Of a stretch of DNA of 64,000 bases, positions 7,798 to 17,481 are shown in pieces. Every line of letters starts with the position of its first letter. The stretch's first letter is position 1. Under the pieces are notes generated by a model. That model saw nothing but the letters and a program-made list of their open reading frames with translations. It was not told the DNA's origin and searched no databases. Position numbers and translations under genes: made by a program. The DNA is from an uncultured Bacteroidota bacterium (lineage in GTDB: Bacteria; Bacteroidota; Bacteroidia; Bacteroidales; UBA12481), in the NCBI GenBank assembly GCA_903851365.1, contig CAINOB010000063.1, forward strand, positions 21,675 to 85,674. Reading direction: 5' to 3'.

Positions 7798-10053
7798 ATG
7801 ATAACAAGATTCAGTCGCCTGGTTATAATTATCTGTGCCCTTTTGGGATGGCCGATAGATAGCTCAAGATCTCAAACCACTGCTGATTCAGGAGGGCGAA
7901 TGAAGTCCTGGAATCAGCATCAGGACCTGAAAAAAAATTCAGTTTTCGCTGATCTGAAATGGCGTGCGGCCGGCCCGGAATTCCAGGGTGGCAGGATTCA
8001 GTCAATCGCGTGTCATCCAAGTCATCCTTATACAATATACGTAGGTGTTGGCTCCGGCAATCTTTGGAAAACGATTAATAATGGTATTACCTGGGAACCC
8101 ATCTTCGAACATGAATCTGCTTTTGCCATCGGCTGTGTAACGATAGCTCCATCGAATCCCGACATCGTTTGGGTAGGTACAGGAGAAGTGTTGATGGCCC
8201 GCAGTTCGTACTCCGGTACAGGAGTGTTTAAATCTGTTGACGGCGGTAAAAACTGGCAACACATGGGTCTGGTGGGGACGAATCATATCGGTAAGGTTAT
8301 TATAGATCCCAAAAACCCTGATGTTGTTTATGTTGCTGCCATTGGTCGGAATTTCGGTCAGAATGAAGAACGGGGTTTGTATAAAACTACAGACGGAGGT
8401 AAATCCTGGAAAAAGGTTCTCTTTGTTTCGGACAGGGCAGGGGTGGTTGACATCGTAATGGCGCCTGACGACAATCGGACGCTTCTGGCGGTGAGCTGGG
8501 AGCGTGACAGGAAGCCATGGAATAACCTGACTTATGGTTCTGGGAGCGGAATTTATAAATCAACGGATGCAGGGGAGAATTGGGTGCGGCTGACCAAAGG
8601 AATACCCCTTGGAGATCAGGTCGGTCGTACAGGTCTGGCTTTTGCTCCTTCCAATCCGGATATGATATATGCTCTTGTTGATAATCAGTCAAACAGGCTC
8701 TTGAGCAAGAATAAAATCGGGGGTGAATTGTATCGGTCAATGGACCGAGGTAATAAATGGACAAAAATGAACGACTCCATTATACCTACCGCCATCAATT
8801 CTGATTATTGCATCGTTCAGGTGTCACCCGACAATGCGGAGGAAATTTATCTGCTTGGAAATAAACTGATCAGATCGGTAAACGGGGGGAAATCTTACCT
8901 TCCGACAGGGGAAACAATTGTTCATCTGCTTCCTCATGCTATCCGCGTAATGCACCTGGATATGCACGCCATGTGGATCGATCCGGCTCAACCTGAAAGA
9001 TTGATACTTGGAAATGACGGCGGATTGTACACTTCGTATGACCGCGGAGAAAGCTGGCTGCACCTTAACAATATTCCTGTGGGCGAATTTTATGCTGTTT
9101 CGGTTGACGACGCAAAGCCTTATAATATCTATGGAGGCACTCAGGATAACGCTGCCATTTACGGACCGTCGGATCGAAATGCATGGAAAGATGTTTACCT
9201 GGATCAATGGGGTGGAGGCGACAGCTACTTTACCGAACTTGACCATACAGATACAAATGTGATTTACTACGAACATCAGTTTGGCGAGCTTATCAGGAAA
9301 AATATGGTCACCGGTGAAGGAGCCCATATTCAACCGCAGGCTGGAAAAGATGAAGCCCCGTTGAGGTTCAATTGGATGACGCCATATATTCGCTCTCATT
9401 TTGATGCGCATGTACTTTATTATGGAACTCAAAAATTGCTCAAATCGCCCGATCGCGGCGACCACTGGGAAACCATCAGTCCTGATCTCACCACAAACCC
9501 GGGACCTGAGAAGCAGGGGAATGTCCCATTCGGAACCATAACAACGGTGTCAGAATCTCCCCGGCAACAAGGAGTCTTGTATGTGGGAACCGATGACGGA
9601 AACATACATATTACTCGGGACGATGGTAAAAGTTGGCGAAAAATTGACCAGAACCTGCCGAAAAAATGGGTTACCCGTGTTCGTGCTTCCCAGCATGAAA
9701 CCGGAACGGTTTACGTTTCCTTGACCGGTTACCGCGAGGATGACTTCACTTGTTATCTCTATGCTTCATCGGATTATGGGAATTCATGGACCTCCATAAC
9801 AGGCAATCTTCCTAACGAGTCCATCAATGTCATTCTTGAAGATCCGAGAAATGCCGACATCCTTTACATAGGCACGGATCTGGGTGTTTATGTGAGCCTC
9901 AATAAGGGCAAAGAGTGGATTTCACTCTGTAATAACCTGCCAACCACCCCGGTTCACGACCTTGCAATACAGTCAAGGGACCTGGAGCTGGTTGCTGCAA
10001 CCCATGGCCGAAGTATCTTTATTCTGGATATCAGTAAAATAAATAAGAACTGA
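7798..10053 (+). CDS. VPS10/sortilin-like BNR (Asp-box) repeat beta-propeller protein
   Basis: Repeated S/T-x-D-G-G-x-S/T-W Asp boxes, plus WRAAGP..GGRI, GNDGG, GGTQDN and ATHGRS. Confidence 0.85.
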   Translation: MITRFSRLVIIICALLGWPIDSSRSQTTADSGGRMKSWNQHQDLKKNSVFADLKWRAAGPEFQGGRIQSIACHPSHPYTIYVGVGSGNLWKTINNGITWEPIFEHESAFAIGCVTIAPSNPDIVWVGTGEVLMARSSYSGTGVFKSVDGGKNWQHMGLVGTNHIGKVIIDPKNPDVVYVAAIGRNFGQNEERGLYKTTDGGKSWKKVLFVSDRAGVVDIVMAPDDNRTLLAVSWERDRKPWNNLTYGSGSGIYKSTDAGENWVRLTKGIPLGDQVGRTGLAFAPSNPDMIYALVDNQSNRLLSKNKIGGELYRSMDRGNKWTKMNDSIIPTAINSDYCIVQVSPDNAEEIYLLGNKLIRSVNGGKSYLPTGETIVHLLPHAIRVMHLDMHAMWIDPAQPERLILGNDGGLYTSYDRGESWLHLNNIPVGEFYAVSVDDAKPYNIYGGTQDNAAIYGPSDRNAWKDVYLDQWGGGDSYFTELDHTDTNVIYYEHQFGELIRKNMVTGEGAHIQPQAGKDEAPLRFNWMTPYIRSHFDAHVLYYGTQKLLKSPDRGDHWETISPDLTTNPGPEKQGNVPFGTITTVSESPRQQGVLYVGTDDGNIHITRDDGKSWRKIDQNLPKKWVTRVRASQHETGTVYVSLTGYREDDFTCYLYASSDYGNSWTSITGNLPNESINVILEDPRNADILYIGTDLGVYVSLNKGKEWISLCNNLPTTPVHDLAIQSRDLELVAATHGRSIFILDISKINKN

Positions 10054-10073
10054 GCTCAATGCAGTGGTGATGA

Positions 10074-10406
10074 TTATTTCTTATTGCTAAATATAACCGC
10101 TCCGTCTTTTTTTAGTGTGACCTCTCCGTGCCATTCGTTGAATTCGAAATGGATATTGCTGTATTTTATGCCGGAGGCCGTAGTATCCTGTTTTAGGTCA
10201 ATGTTTTCGCCCTTCAATACAAATCTTGCGGTACGTTTGGTGTTGTTATAGGTCATATCCAGCCGGATGCCATCCTGATTCGTTACAGAGCTCTTGACGA
10301 TCTGATCGGTTGAGGACTTGTTCCCCGTGCACGAAAAAAACAGCAACCCTGAAAGCATGATCAGGATAAGAAACGGATTCTTCAATTTTTCCCAGGTTTT
10401 AATCAT
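10074..10406 (-). CDS. mliC: MliC-family lysozyme inhibitor lipoprotein
   Basis: Lipobox FFSC and LKQDTTASGIKYSN...FNEWHGE, corresponding to the MliC/PliC ASGxxY motif. Confidence 0.75.
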   Translation of the reverse strand: MIKTWEKLKNPFLILIMLSGLLFFSCTGNKSSTDQIVKSSVTNQDGIRLDMTYNNTKRTARFVLKGENIDLKQDTTASGIKYSNIHFEFNEWHGEVTLKKDGAVIFSNKK

Positions 10407-11694
10407 CTATTGCCGATTCAATTAGGATTTTGAACATCCAGCCTGTATCATCTGTTTTGGTTTCCTGAGTCTGCTTGAATATAATGCCGATAAGCTTTTC
10501 CTGGGGATCGGCAAAATACTGGGTATTGAAATAGCCGCCCCAGTTAAAGGTTCCGGCGCTGCCTTGTCCACCCAGATCCTGATTTTTTTGTTCTACAACA
10601 CCGAAAGCCAGGCCGTAATGTTCCCCTTTGTTCTCCCAAAGGGCCGGGAATTGGTTGCCCATAATGACTTCAATGGTTTTACGACTGAGGATCCTTACCC
10701 CATTGATCTCACCACCGTTCAGGTACATCTGAAGAAAAGTTGCATAATCTTTAGCTGTGCTGCAGAGACCGGCACCGCCGGAAAAGAAGCGCTTTGCCCC
10801 TTTAATGGGATAGTCAGGATCGTAAAAAGTAACAGGATATCTAACCCAGCCATTGTCGGAAGGTTTTTGTACGGAAACCAATCTTCCTGCCTTTTCTGCA
10901 GGAATGTAGAAACCTGTATCAAACATGCCCAGGGGTTCGAAGATCCTTGTTTTCAGGAATACATCGAAAGGCATTCCTGAAACCACCTCAATAAAATATC
11001 CAAGCACATCGAGTCCCTCACAGTAAGTGTATTTTTCGCCGGGATTATGGTGCAACGGCAATTTAGCAAGCCTTTTAACACTCTGTTCAATAGTGATATT
11101 TTCTGTGGTGAAGAGATCCGTCACCCCAGCCTTTTTATAGATCATCTGAAACCTTTCGTCACCGTCGATCTGTCCATAACCGAGTCCTGAGGAGTGCGTC
11201 AGCAGGTGTCTGATCGTGATTTCTTTATTTGCAGGAACAGTACTGTAGGTTGTATCACTATAGGTGAAACCGGTGAGGACCTTTGGATTTTTAAACTCAG
11301 GAATATATTTCGATATCGGATCGTCCAGCTTGAATTTTCCTTCTTCCCACAACATCATAACGGCAGTGGAGGTAATGGCTTTGCTTTGTGAGGCAATACG
11401 GAAAATATCATCTCTCTTGAGTGGCTTTTTTGTCTGGTTATCGGCCATACCAAAAGCTTTGTAATAGGCAATTTTCCCGTTTCGGGCCACTAAAGTTATA
11501 ACACCTGGAAGTGAGCCGTCCGATACCGCTTTCTGACACATCCCATCGATTTTTGAGAGTCGCTCTGCCGACATGCCCACACTCTCAGGAGTTCCTTCCG
11601 AAAGAGGCAATGATTTGTTGATTGATTTGGTTTGCGCACCTGCAGAAATGGTTGCAGCAACAAATAGGATTGTAATTAATTTATTCATATTCAA
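10399..11694 (-). CDS. Serine hydrolase, beta-lactamase/AmpC-like family
   Basis: FRIASQSK (SxxK), IRHLLTHSSGL, PGEKYTY, SGGAGL and WGGYFNT. Signal peptide present. Confidence 0.92.
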   Translation of the reverse strand: MNMNKLITILFVAATISAGAQTKSINKSLPLSEGTPESVGMSAERLSKIDGMCQKAVSDGSLPGVITLVARNGKIAYYKAFGMADNQTKKPLKRDDIFRIASQSKAITSTAVMMLWEEGKFKLDDPISKYIPEFKNPKVLTGFTYSDTTYSTVPANKEITIRHLLTHSSGLGYGQIDGDERFQMIYKKAGVTDLFTTENITIEQSVKRLAKLPLHHNPGEKYTYCEGLDVLGYFIEVVSGMPFDVFLKTRIFEPLGMFDTGFYIPAEKAGRLVSVQKPSDNGWVRYPVTFYDPDYPIKGAKRFFSGGAGLCSTAKDYATFLQMYLNGGEINGVRILSRKTIEVIMGNQFPALWENKGEHYGLAFGVVEQKNQDLGGQGSAGTFNWGGYFNTQYFADPQEKLIGIIFKQTQETKTDDTGWMFKILIESAIDD

Positions 11695-11807
11695 TTAGTT
11701 CATTAATAACCGATTCGGATATTTGCCTGACGGCTGTAAAACCAAATGTATTGAAAAAGATTCTGCTAAATTTAGAGCAATTAATTAATCCCTAAAAGAC
11801 CGAATCT

Positions 11808-12680
11808 ATGGTGATTATCCTGAAAGCCGTCCTGGGAATTATGTCGGCAATTTTTGGTGCCTATTATCTCAGAGATGTTTATAAAAATCAAAATACATTT
11901 TCTGATAAGCCTTGGCCGGGACTGGCGGCAACTGGTTTTTTTACAAATTTTCTGGATACACTTGGCATTGGGAGTTTTGCTCAACAAACGGCCATCTTTA
12001 AGATTTTCAAGATGGTGGATGACCGGCTGATTCCGGGCACCATGAACGTAGGAAATACATTGGCTACTGTGACTCAGGCTTTTATTTTCATGACCGCAGT
12101 CAAGGTGGACCCTGTTACATTGGTGTCGATGTCGGTTGCCGCTCCTTTGGGTGCTGTTCTTGGTGCCGGCGTAGTAGCCAAAATGCCGCGCCGCAATATT
12201 CAGTTGGGCATGGGGATCGGCTTACTGGTGGTAGCAGTTACCATACTTGCCGGATTGCTCAAACTGATGCCGCTCGGTGGTATGGATATCGGTCTTACCG
12301 GCTGGAAATTGGCTGTTGTAATCGTGATGTGCTTTGTTTTTGGGGCCCTGCAGACTATCGGGGTTGGCTTTTATGCCCCTTGCATGGCCATGGTTTATAC
12401 ATTCGGAATGGATCCGAAAACTGCATTTCCAATCATGATGACTGCCACCGGGATGCTCATGGCTGCAGGTGGATCGAAATTCATCAGGGAAGCGGCTTAT
12501 GATAGGAAAGTCGCCATTTTTCTCACCACTGCAGGAATTCTGGGGGTTTTCCTGGCAGCATTTGTGGTTAAATCACTTCCGCTGGAAGTCATGAAATGGT
12601 TGGTTTGTGCGGTGGTCCTGTATACATCAATCACCATGTTCCTGTCCGCCCGAAAAGAAAAAGTACCCTCACGAAGTTAG
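11808..12680 (+). CDS. TauE/SafE (TSUP) family permease
   Basis: Multi-pass membrane protein with NFLDTLGIGSFA, IPGTMNVG and GVGFYAPCMA. Confidence 0.85.
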   Translation: MVIILKAVLGIMSAIFGAYYLRDVYKNQNTFSDKPWPGLAATGFFTNFLDTLGIGSFAQQTAIFKIFKMVDDRLIPGTMNVGNTLATVTQAFIFMTAVKVDPVTLVSMSVAAPLGAVLGAGVVAKMPRRNIQLGMGIGLLVVAVTILAGLLKLMPLGGMDIGLTGWKLAVVIVMCFVFGALQTIGVGFYAPCMAMVYTFGMDPKTAFPIMMTATGMLMAAGGSKFIREAAYDRKVAIFLTTAGILGVFLAAFVVKSLPLEVMKWLVCAVVLYTSITMFLSARKEKVPSRS

Positions 12681-12752
12681 TACACATTGGGGGTAACATA
12701 TTGACGGGTATCTGCCGGATATGGTCTTATTTTAACGACCTTAATTAAATCT

Positions 12753-14039
12753 ATGCGTACCTATAGCTCATTTATTCTTGCATTATCATTAATTGGTATG
12801 ACTTGGTTTTCAAAATCTCAGGATACCAGTTCGTATAAGATCAAGTCGACCTATTCAACAATTGAGAACTGCAATTATGTTACCGGTGGAATTTATATTG
12901 TCTGGTGGGACAAGACTTACGATTACAGCAGGCAAGCCAATGAATTGCTGAAAACCCTGGTAGATGTGCAAAATGACTGTATCGGAACTTATCATATGTC
13001 GGATCCGCCAAACCCGGTGGCAGGGTATTTTTATAACGTTTATATACACAATCCAAAGAAGGATCTTTTCCCTGATGACTGGGCCATGGGCCAGGGAACC
13101 GATGACAATAAACTTCCATATCTGACCATTCCGGTTGCTTATGCTAAAACCGGCAGTCCGGGTGCCCAGCATGAAGGATTTCATATCTTTCAATATAGGG
13201 CCAACTCCCCGGGGTTTAAATACAGTGGTGATAGTCAGTGGTTTATCGAGGCAACTGCAAATTGGTATGCTGCCATGAAACATCCGGAGAGTAAAGAGGA
13301 ATACGTGACCGCCTCGGCAGTTACCTCTAATCCGCAGGTGACCATGTGGTACAGTTTCGAAAATCGGGAGCCTGGTGAAAAGGAGAACTGGCAGCGGGGT
13401 TGCCATCAATATGGCATGAATATCTTTTTAAACTACCTGACGGATGTCCGGAAAGTTTCAAAAGCGTTACTCGCAGGCAGTTTTTATGGAAATATCAGCC
13501 TGATGCCGCAGGAATATCTTTATGATCAGTTGGGCAAAGAAAAATTCTGCGATTTGTATGCTGATTTTGCCGCTCATAATGTTAGCGGATATCCTGGCTT
13601 TCCGGCTGGTGTTGAAGAACGTTCGGCACGGGAGCTGAAGAAATACGGCGATTCCCTGGATATTCACCCGATAGTCCAAACTTTTACTGATGCGGGAACT
13701 GGTGGAAACTGGATACGGCCTTCCAAAGATTTTGTCACCAGAGGCTGGGGCTATAATGTCTATAAAATCAACAATACCGGTAATGCATCTTATACTTTTC
13801 TATTGCAGGGTGATACCAAAGGATCCGATGGTGCAACGGCTGGATTCCGGGGCAGGGTGGTAGTCAGGACAGGTATGACGGCCAGGCAATATCCACTGAA
13901 GATGTCAGATGCCATCAATGGTAAAACGAAAATTAAGGTGAAATCGGAGGATAAGGAGGTTTACCTGATAGTTGCTGCAACTCCGAAGTTTTTTACCGGA
14001 AATCAGACCTATTCATACCAGGTGAAGATCGATCGGTGA
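12753..14039 (+). CDS. Secreted gluzincin-like metallopeptidase (DUF6055-like)
   Basis: Signal peptide, HEGFH (HExxH) and a downstream WFIEATANW third-ligand motif. Confidence 0.7.
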   Translation: MRTYSSFILALSLIGMTWFSKSQDTSSYKIKSTYSTIENCNYVTGGIYIVWWDKTYDYSRQANELLKTLVDVQNDCIGTYHMSDPPNPVAGYFYNVYIHNPKKDLFPDDWAMGQGTDDNKLPYLTIPVAYAKTGSPGAQHEGFHIFQYRANSPGFKYSGDSQWFIEATANWYAAMKHPESKEEYVTASAVTSNPQVTMWYSFENREPGEKENWQRGCHQYGMNIFLNYLTDVRKVSKALLAGSFYGNISLMPQEYLYDQLGKEKFCDLYADFAAHNVSGYPGFPAGVEERSARELKKYGDSLDIHPIVQTFTDAGTGGNWIRPSKDFVTRGWGYNVYKINNTGNASYTFLLQGDTKGSDGATAGFRGRVVVRTGMTARQYPLKMSDAINGKTKIKVKSEDKEVYLIVAATPKFFTGNQTYSYQVKIDR

Positions 14040-14077
14040 CGGGTGACGGGTGACGGGTGACAAGTGACAAGTGACCA
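14036..14077 (+). repeat. Six tandem GTGAC heptamers
   Basis: GTGACGG x3, GTGACAA x2, GTGACCA. The first unit contains the TGA stop of the upstream CDS. Confidence 0.95.
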
Positions 14078-14131
14078 AGGTGCTATATCAATAGCCTCCA
14101 TCTTCAGATGGGGGTTGAAAGACAGAAGACT

Positions 14132-15877
14132 ATGAAGAATATGATATTAGCAACAAGCTTGATGGCTATCCTGATAGCTTGTTCTGCAGGCTTGACAGCG
14201 CAAGAGAGGGTAGTGAATTACAGCCCGAAACCGTGGCAGCCCACGATCTGGAAATCTGATCCGCCAGCCGGCTGTCCGTTCGAAAAATCAAAAGATATAG
14301 TGGGTATTGCATTTACGAGGCAATATATGACCTATACCGATGCCGATACCTTTTATCCGTCCTGGGCAGTGGACGATAATATGTATTGCGGATGGACCGA
14401 TGGGGAGATCGGCTTGGAATCCGTTCAGTCGGGCGGTAAGGAAAAGGCGCGGACGGGGATCGTGAAAATCGAAGGAAACGATCCAATGAAACTCAAAGTT
14501 ACTTCGCTGGGTACACTGGGTGCCTCCGCTTTGCCTTATGGTGGGCGATATCCCTGTGCCAACCTGGTGTATAACGGTATATGGTATTATGGAACCTATG
14601 GTGTGGACTTTGATTTTTCGAAGCCTGAATATCAGAATGAATACAGCTGGGCAATCTGCGGACCCTTGCCTGGATTCGCAATCTCTAAGGATTATGGAAA
14701 AACCTGGACTCCCTGTCCGCACGACTTGAATACTCCTTTAATGCCGGAATCAGGAAAAAACGGTAAGCAGGTAAAGCTGGGCACGCCTCATTTTGTTGAT
14801 TTTGGTAAGAACCTGCAATATTCCCCGGATGGAAAAGCCTATCTGGTTGGCCATGGCGCACTGGATAACGACCCAACCCCCAGGGTGGCCAATAACAGTT
14901 GGATAGCCGGTGATGCGGTATATTTGGCAAGGGTTACGCCGTCGGTTGAGAACATGAACGACATTACGAAATATGAGTTTTTCGCAGGATTCGATAAGAA
15001 TCAGAAAGCGGTGTGGTCGTCGGATTTCTCGAAGATAAAGCCATTCCTGGTATGGGACGATCACATGGGTTGTACCACAATTACCTGGAATCAGGCCCTG
15101 AAAAAATTTATCCTTTGCACCACTGATGGATGGCCGGGAATGAAGGATATGAGCTCCTACATCATGGAATCCGATAATATCACAGGTCCCTATAAGCTGA
15201 TCACTTATATGAAAAACTTTGGACGCCAGGCCTATTTTCTTCACCTGCCATCGAAATTTATTGGTGAAACAGGCCGGAAAGCCTGGCTTAGCTATTCGGC
15301 CAATTTCAATAATGTATATTTCTGCGACCGCACCCTTGCCGATCCCATCGGCAGCCGGTATGCCTGGAACCTGCAGGAGTTTATACTGCTCGATGACGCT
15401 ACCAAAAAGCAGATTGAATCTTATCAGGAGGAGCAGATCGATCCTGTAAAGCAAAAGAATAATATTGCTCTGAGATCCAACGTAACAGTATCATCGGTAA
15501 ATAAGAAAAATCGTATTTTCTCTGAGCTGATCACTTATTTCGGCGAAGGAGCGGTGGATGGGAACGTCAATAATGAATGGGCAACAGATGGAGAAAAAGG
15601 ATCGGCAATGATCCGCCTGAACTGGAGCCAACCTGAAAAAATATCAAGAATATGGCTTTTCGACCGGCAAAATCTTAAAGATCAGGTAACTTCGGGTCTG
15701 CTTGTATTTAGCGATGGTTCAACTATCAAAGTGGGTGAATTGCCAAATGATGCTAAATCATGCAAGGAATTGACTTTCCCTGAAAAAACCGTAACCTGGG
15801 TGGCATTTTTAGTGAATACTGTTTCCGAAACAACATCAAATATTGGACTGGCGGAGTTTGCGGTGTTTAATAAATGA
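14132..15877 (+). CDS. Secreted DUF4185-like beta-propeller protein with C-terminal discoidin/galactose-binding-like domain; candidate glycoside hydrolase
   Basis: Signal from MKNMILA (ATG 14132), then DADTFYPSWAVDDNMY, an Asp-box SKDYGKTW, FVDFGKN, YLARV..YEFFAG and GPYKLI. C-terminal NIALRSNVTVSS...AVDG...WAT...LAEFAVF. Confidence 0.65.
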   Translation: MKNMILATSLMAILIACSAGLTAQERVVNYSPKPWQPTIWKSDPPAGCPFEKSKDIVGIAFTRQYMTYTDADTFYPSWAVDDNMYCGWTDGEIGLESVQSGGKEKARTGIVKIEGNDPMKLKVTSLGTLGASALPYGGRYPCANLVYNGIWYYGTYGVDFDFSKPEYQNEYSWAICGPLPGFAISKDYGKTWTPCPHDLNTPLMPESGKNGKQVKLGTPHFVDFGKNLQYSPDGKAYLVGHGALDNDPTPRVANNSWIAGDAVYLARVTPSVENMNDITKYEFFAGFDKNQKAVWSSDFSKIKPFLVWDDHMGCTTITWNQALKKFILCTTDGWPGMKDMSSYIMESDNITGPYKLITYMKNFGRQAYFLHLPSKFIGETGRKAWLSYSANFNNVYFCDRTLADPIGSRYAWNLQEFILLDDATKKQIESYQEEQIDPVKQKNNIALRSNVTVSSVNKKNRIFSELITYFGEGAVDGNVNNEWATDGEKGSAMIRLNWSQPEKISRIWLFDRQNLKDQVTSGLLVFSDGSTIKVGELPNDAKSCKELTFPEKTVTWVAFLVNTVSETTSNIGLAEFAVFNK

Positions 15878-15935
15878 ACCGCTATATTATTTACCTTAGC
15901 ATGCATTGAAATTCTGAAGGATAAAATCACATGTT

Positions 15936-17375
15936 ATGCAGGTAAAGTCATATAATCAGTTGAATATAGGGTTATTCGGTATCGGTCTGGATACCTACTG
16001 GCCTCAGTTTGAGGGGTTGCACGATCGGCTGGAAGGGTACCTGAACGAGGTGCACCAGAATCTGGCACAGCATGATGCCAATGTTGTCAATCTGGGTTTG
16101 ATTGATAATCCTCATAAGGCATTTGATGCGGGACACCAATTCAGACAGGCAGATGTTGATATCATTTTTCTCTATGTGACAACTTACGCCCTGTCGTCCA
16201 CAGTTTTACCTGTTGTTCAGCGTGCAAAAGTTCCGGTGGTTATTCTTAACCTGCAGCCTGAAGAAGCGATAGATTATAAGTGGTTCAATCATCTGAACGA
16301 TCGCACTAAAATGACCGGCGAATGGCTCGCATTCTGCTCAGCTTGCCCGGTACCTGAAATCGCCAATGTATTCTTGCGAACTGGAATAAAGTTTCATCAG
16401 ATTACCGGGGTTCTACATAATGATCCCGAGTGCTGGAAAGAAGTTGCGGAATGGGTGGAGGCTGCCCGGGTGGCTAAAGTGATGTCGCACAATCGAATGG
16501 GCTGCATGGGGCATTATTACAGTGGAATGCTGGATATTTATTCTGATTTTACCAGCCATTATGCCCAATTCGGTGGTCATTTTGAAATGTTGGAAGTCGA
16601 CGACCTGGCTAGGTACCGTAAAGACGTGACCGATAATGAGATAAAAGAACGGGTGAGCCATTTCACCCGGGAGTTTGATGTATCTCCGGAGTGTTCATCT
16701 GAAGAATTGAAGCGTGCTGCCAGAACATCTGTTGCTTTGGATCGGCTGATTGAGGAACATGATCTGGGATCCATGGCCTATTTCTACAATGGTACAGGTG
16801 TTCCTGAAAATGAGGATGCCATCAGCAGTATCATTTTGGGAAATTCCCTGCTTACCGCTCGGGGTATTCCTGTTGCGGGGGAATATGAGATCAAGAATGT
16901 ACAGGCGATGAAAATCATGGATACCTTCGGCGTCGGAGGTTCTTTTACAGAGTATTATGCCATGGATTTTAAAGATGATGTGATACTGATGGGGCATGAT
17001 GGCCCCGGGCACATCGCGATAGCTGAAGGGAAGACTAAAGTGAAGCCGCTCGAGGTATTTCATGGGAAGGTTGGCAGAGGACTTTCGGTTGAAATGTCGG
17101 TTAAGCACGGCCCGGTAACGCTCCTTTCAGTGGTTCAAAAGGGAGATGGAAAGCTCATGCTGCTGGTTGCTGAAGGTGAATCAGTACGGGGTCCGGTGCT
17201 GGAAATCGGTAATACCAACAGTCGCTATAAATTTCCCATCGGTGCCCGAAATTTCGTGAATAATTGGAACAGTCATGGGCCGGCTCACCACTGTGCAGTT
17301 GGGGTGGGACATATCGGAACTAAATTGTTGAAATTGGGGCAGTTACTGGATATGGAAGTAGTGCAGGTATGTTAA
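15936..17375 (+). CDS. L-fucose/D-arabinose/L-arabinose isomerase family protein
   Basis: GLDTYWPQF N-terminus, metal-ligand motifs AGEYE, FTEYY and MGHDGPGH, and C-terminal GPAHHCAVGVGH. Confidence 0.88.
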   Translation: MQVKSYNQLNIGLFGIGLDTYWPQFEGLHDRLEGYLNEVHQNLAQHDANVVNLGLIDNPHKAFDAGHQFRQADVDIIFLYVTTYALSSTVLPVVQRAKVPVVILNLQPEEAIDYKWFNHLNDRTKMTGEWLAFCSACPVPEIANVFLRTGIKFHQITGVLHNDPECWKEVAEWVEAARVAKVMSHNRMGCMGHYYSGMLDIYSDFTSHYAQFGGHFEMLEVDDLARYRKDVTDNEIKERVSHFTREFDVSPECSSEELKRAARTSVALDRLIEEHDLGSMAYFYNGTGVPENEDAISSIILGNSLLTARGIPVAGEYEIKNVQAMKIMDTFGVGGSFTEYYAMDFKDDVILMGHDGPGHIAIAEGKTKVKPLEVFHGKVGRGLSVEMSVKHGPVTLLSVVQKGDGKLMLLVAEGESVRGPVLEIGNTNSRYKFPIGARNFVNNWNSHGPAHHCAVGVGHIGTKLLKLGQLLDMEVVQVC

Positions 17376-17464
17376 GACGAAGAAGAAGATCGGGGGACGC
17401 AAACGACAATGTAGACGGACCCTTGGGTCCTCCCGACCGAAGACGGAAGACAGAAAACAGAAAA
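17376..17464 (+). repeat. Intergenic repeat patch: GACGAAGAAGAAGATCGG copy, GGACCC-TT-GGGTCC hairpin and degenerate heptamers
   Basis: The same motif as at 2916 and 2955 starts immediately after the TAA at 17375. Heptamers CCGAAGA CGGAAGA CAGAAAA CAGAAAA span 17437-17464. Confidence 0.65.
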
Positions 17465-17481
17465 AAATAATACCGGTAAAT

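Noticed and set aside
10399-11694. Serine hydrolase as a true antibiotic-resistance beta-lactamase
   Set aside because: It has generic family motifs only, and most such proteins are esterases or peptidases.
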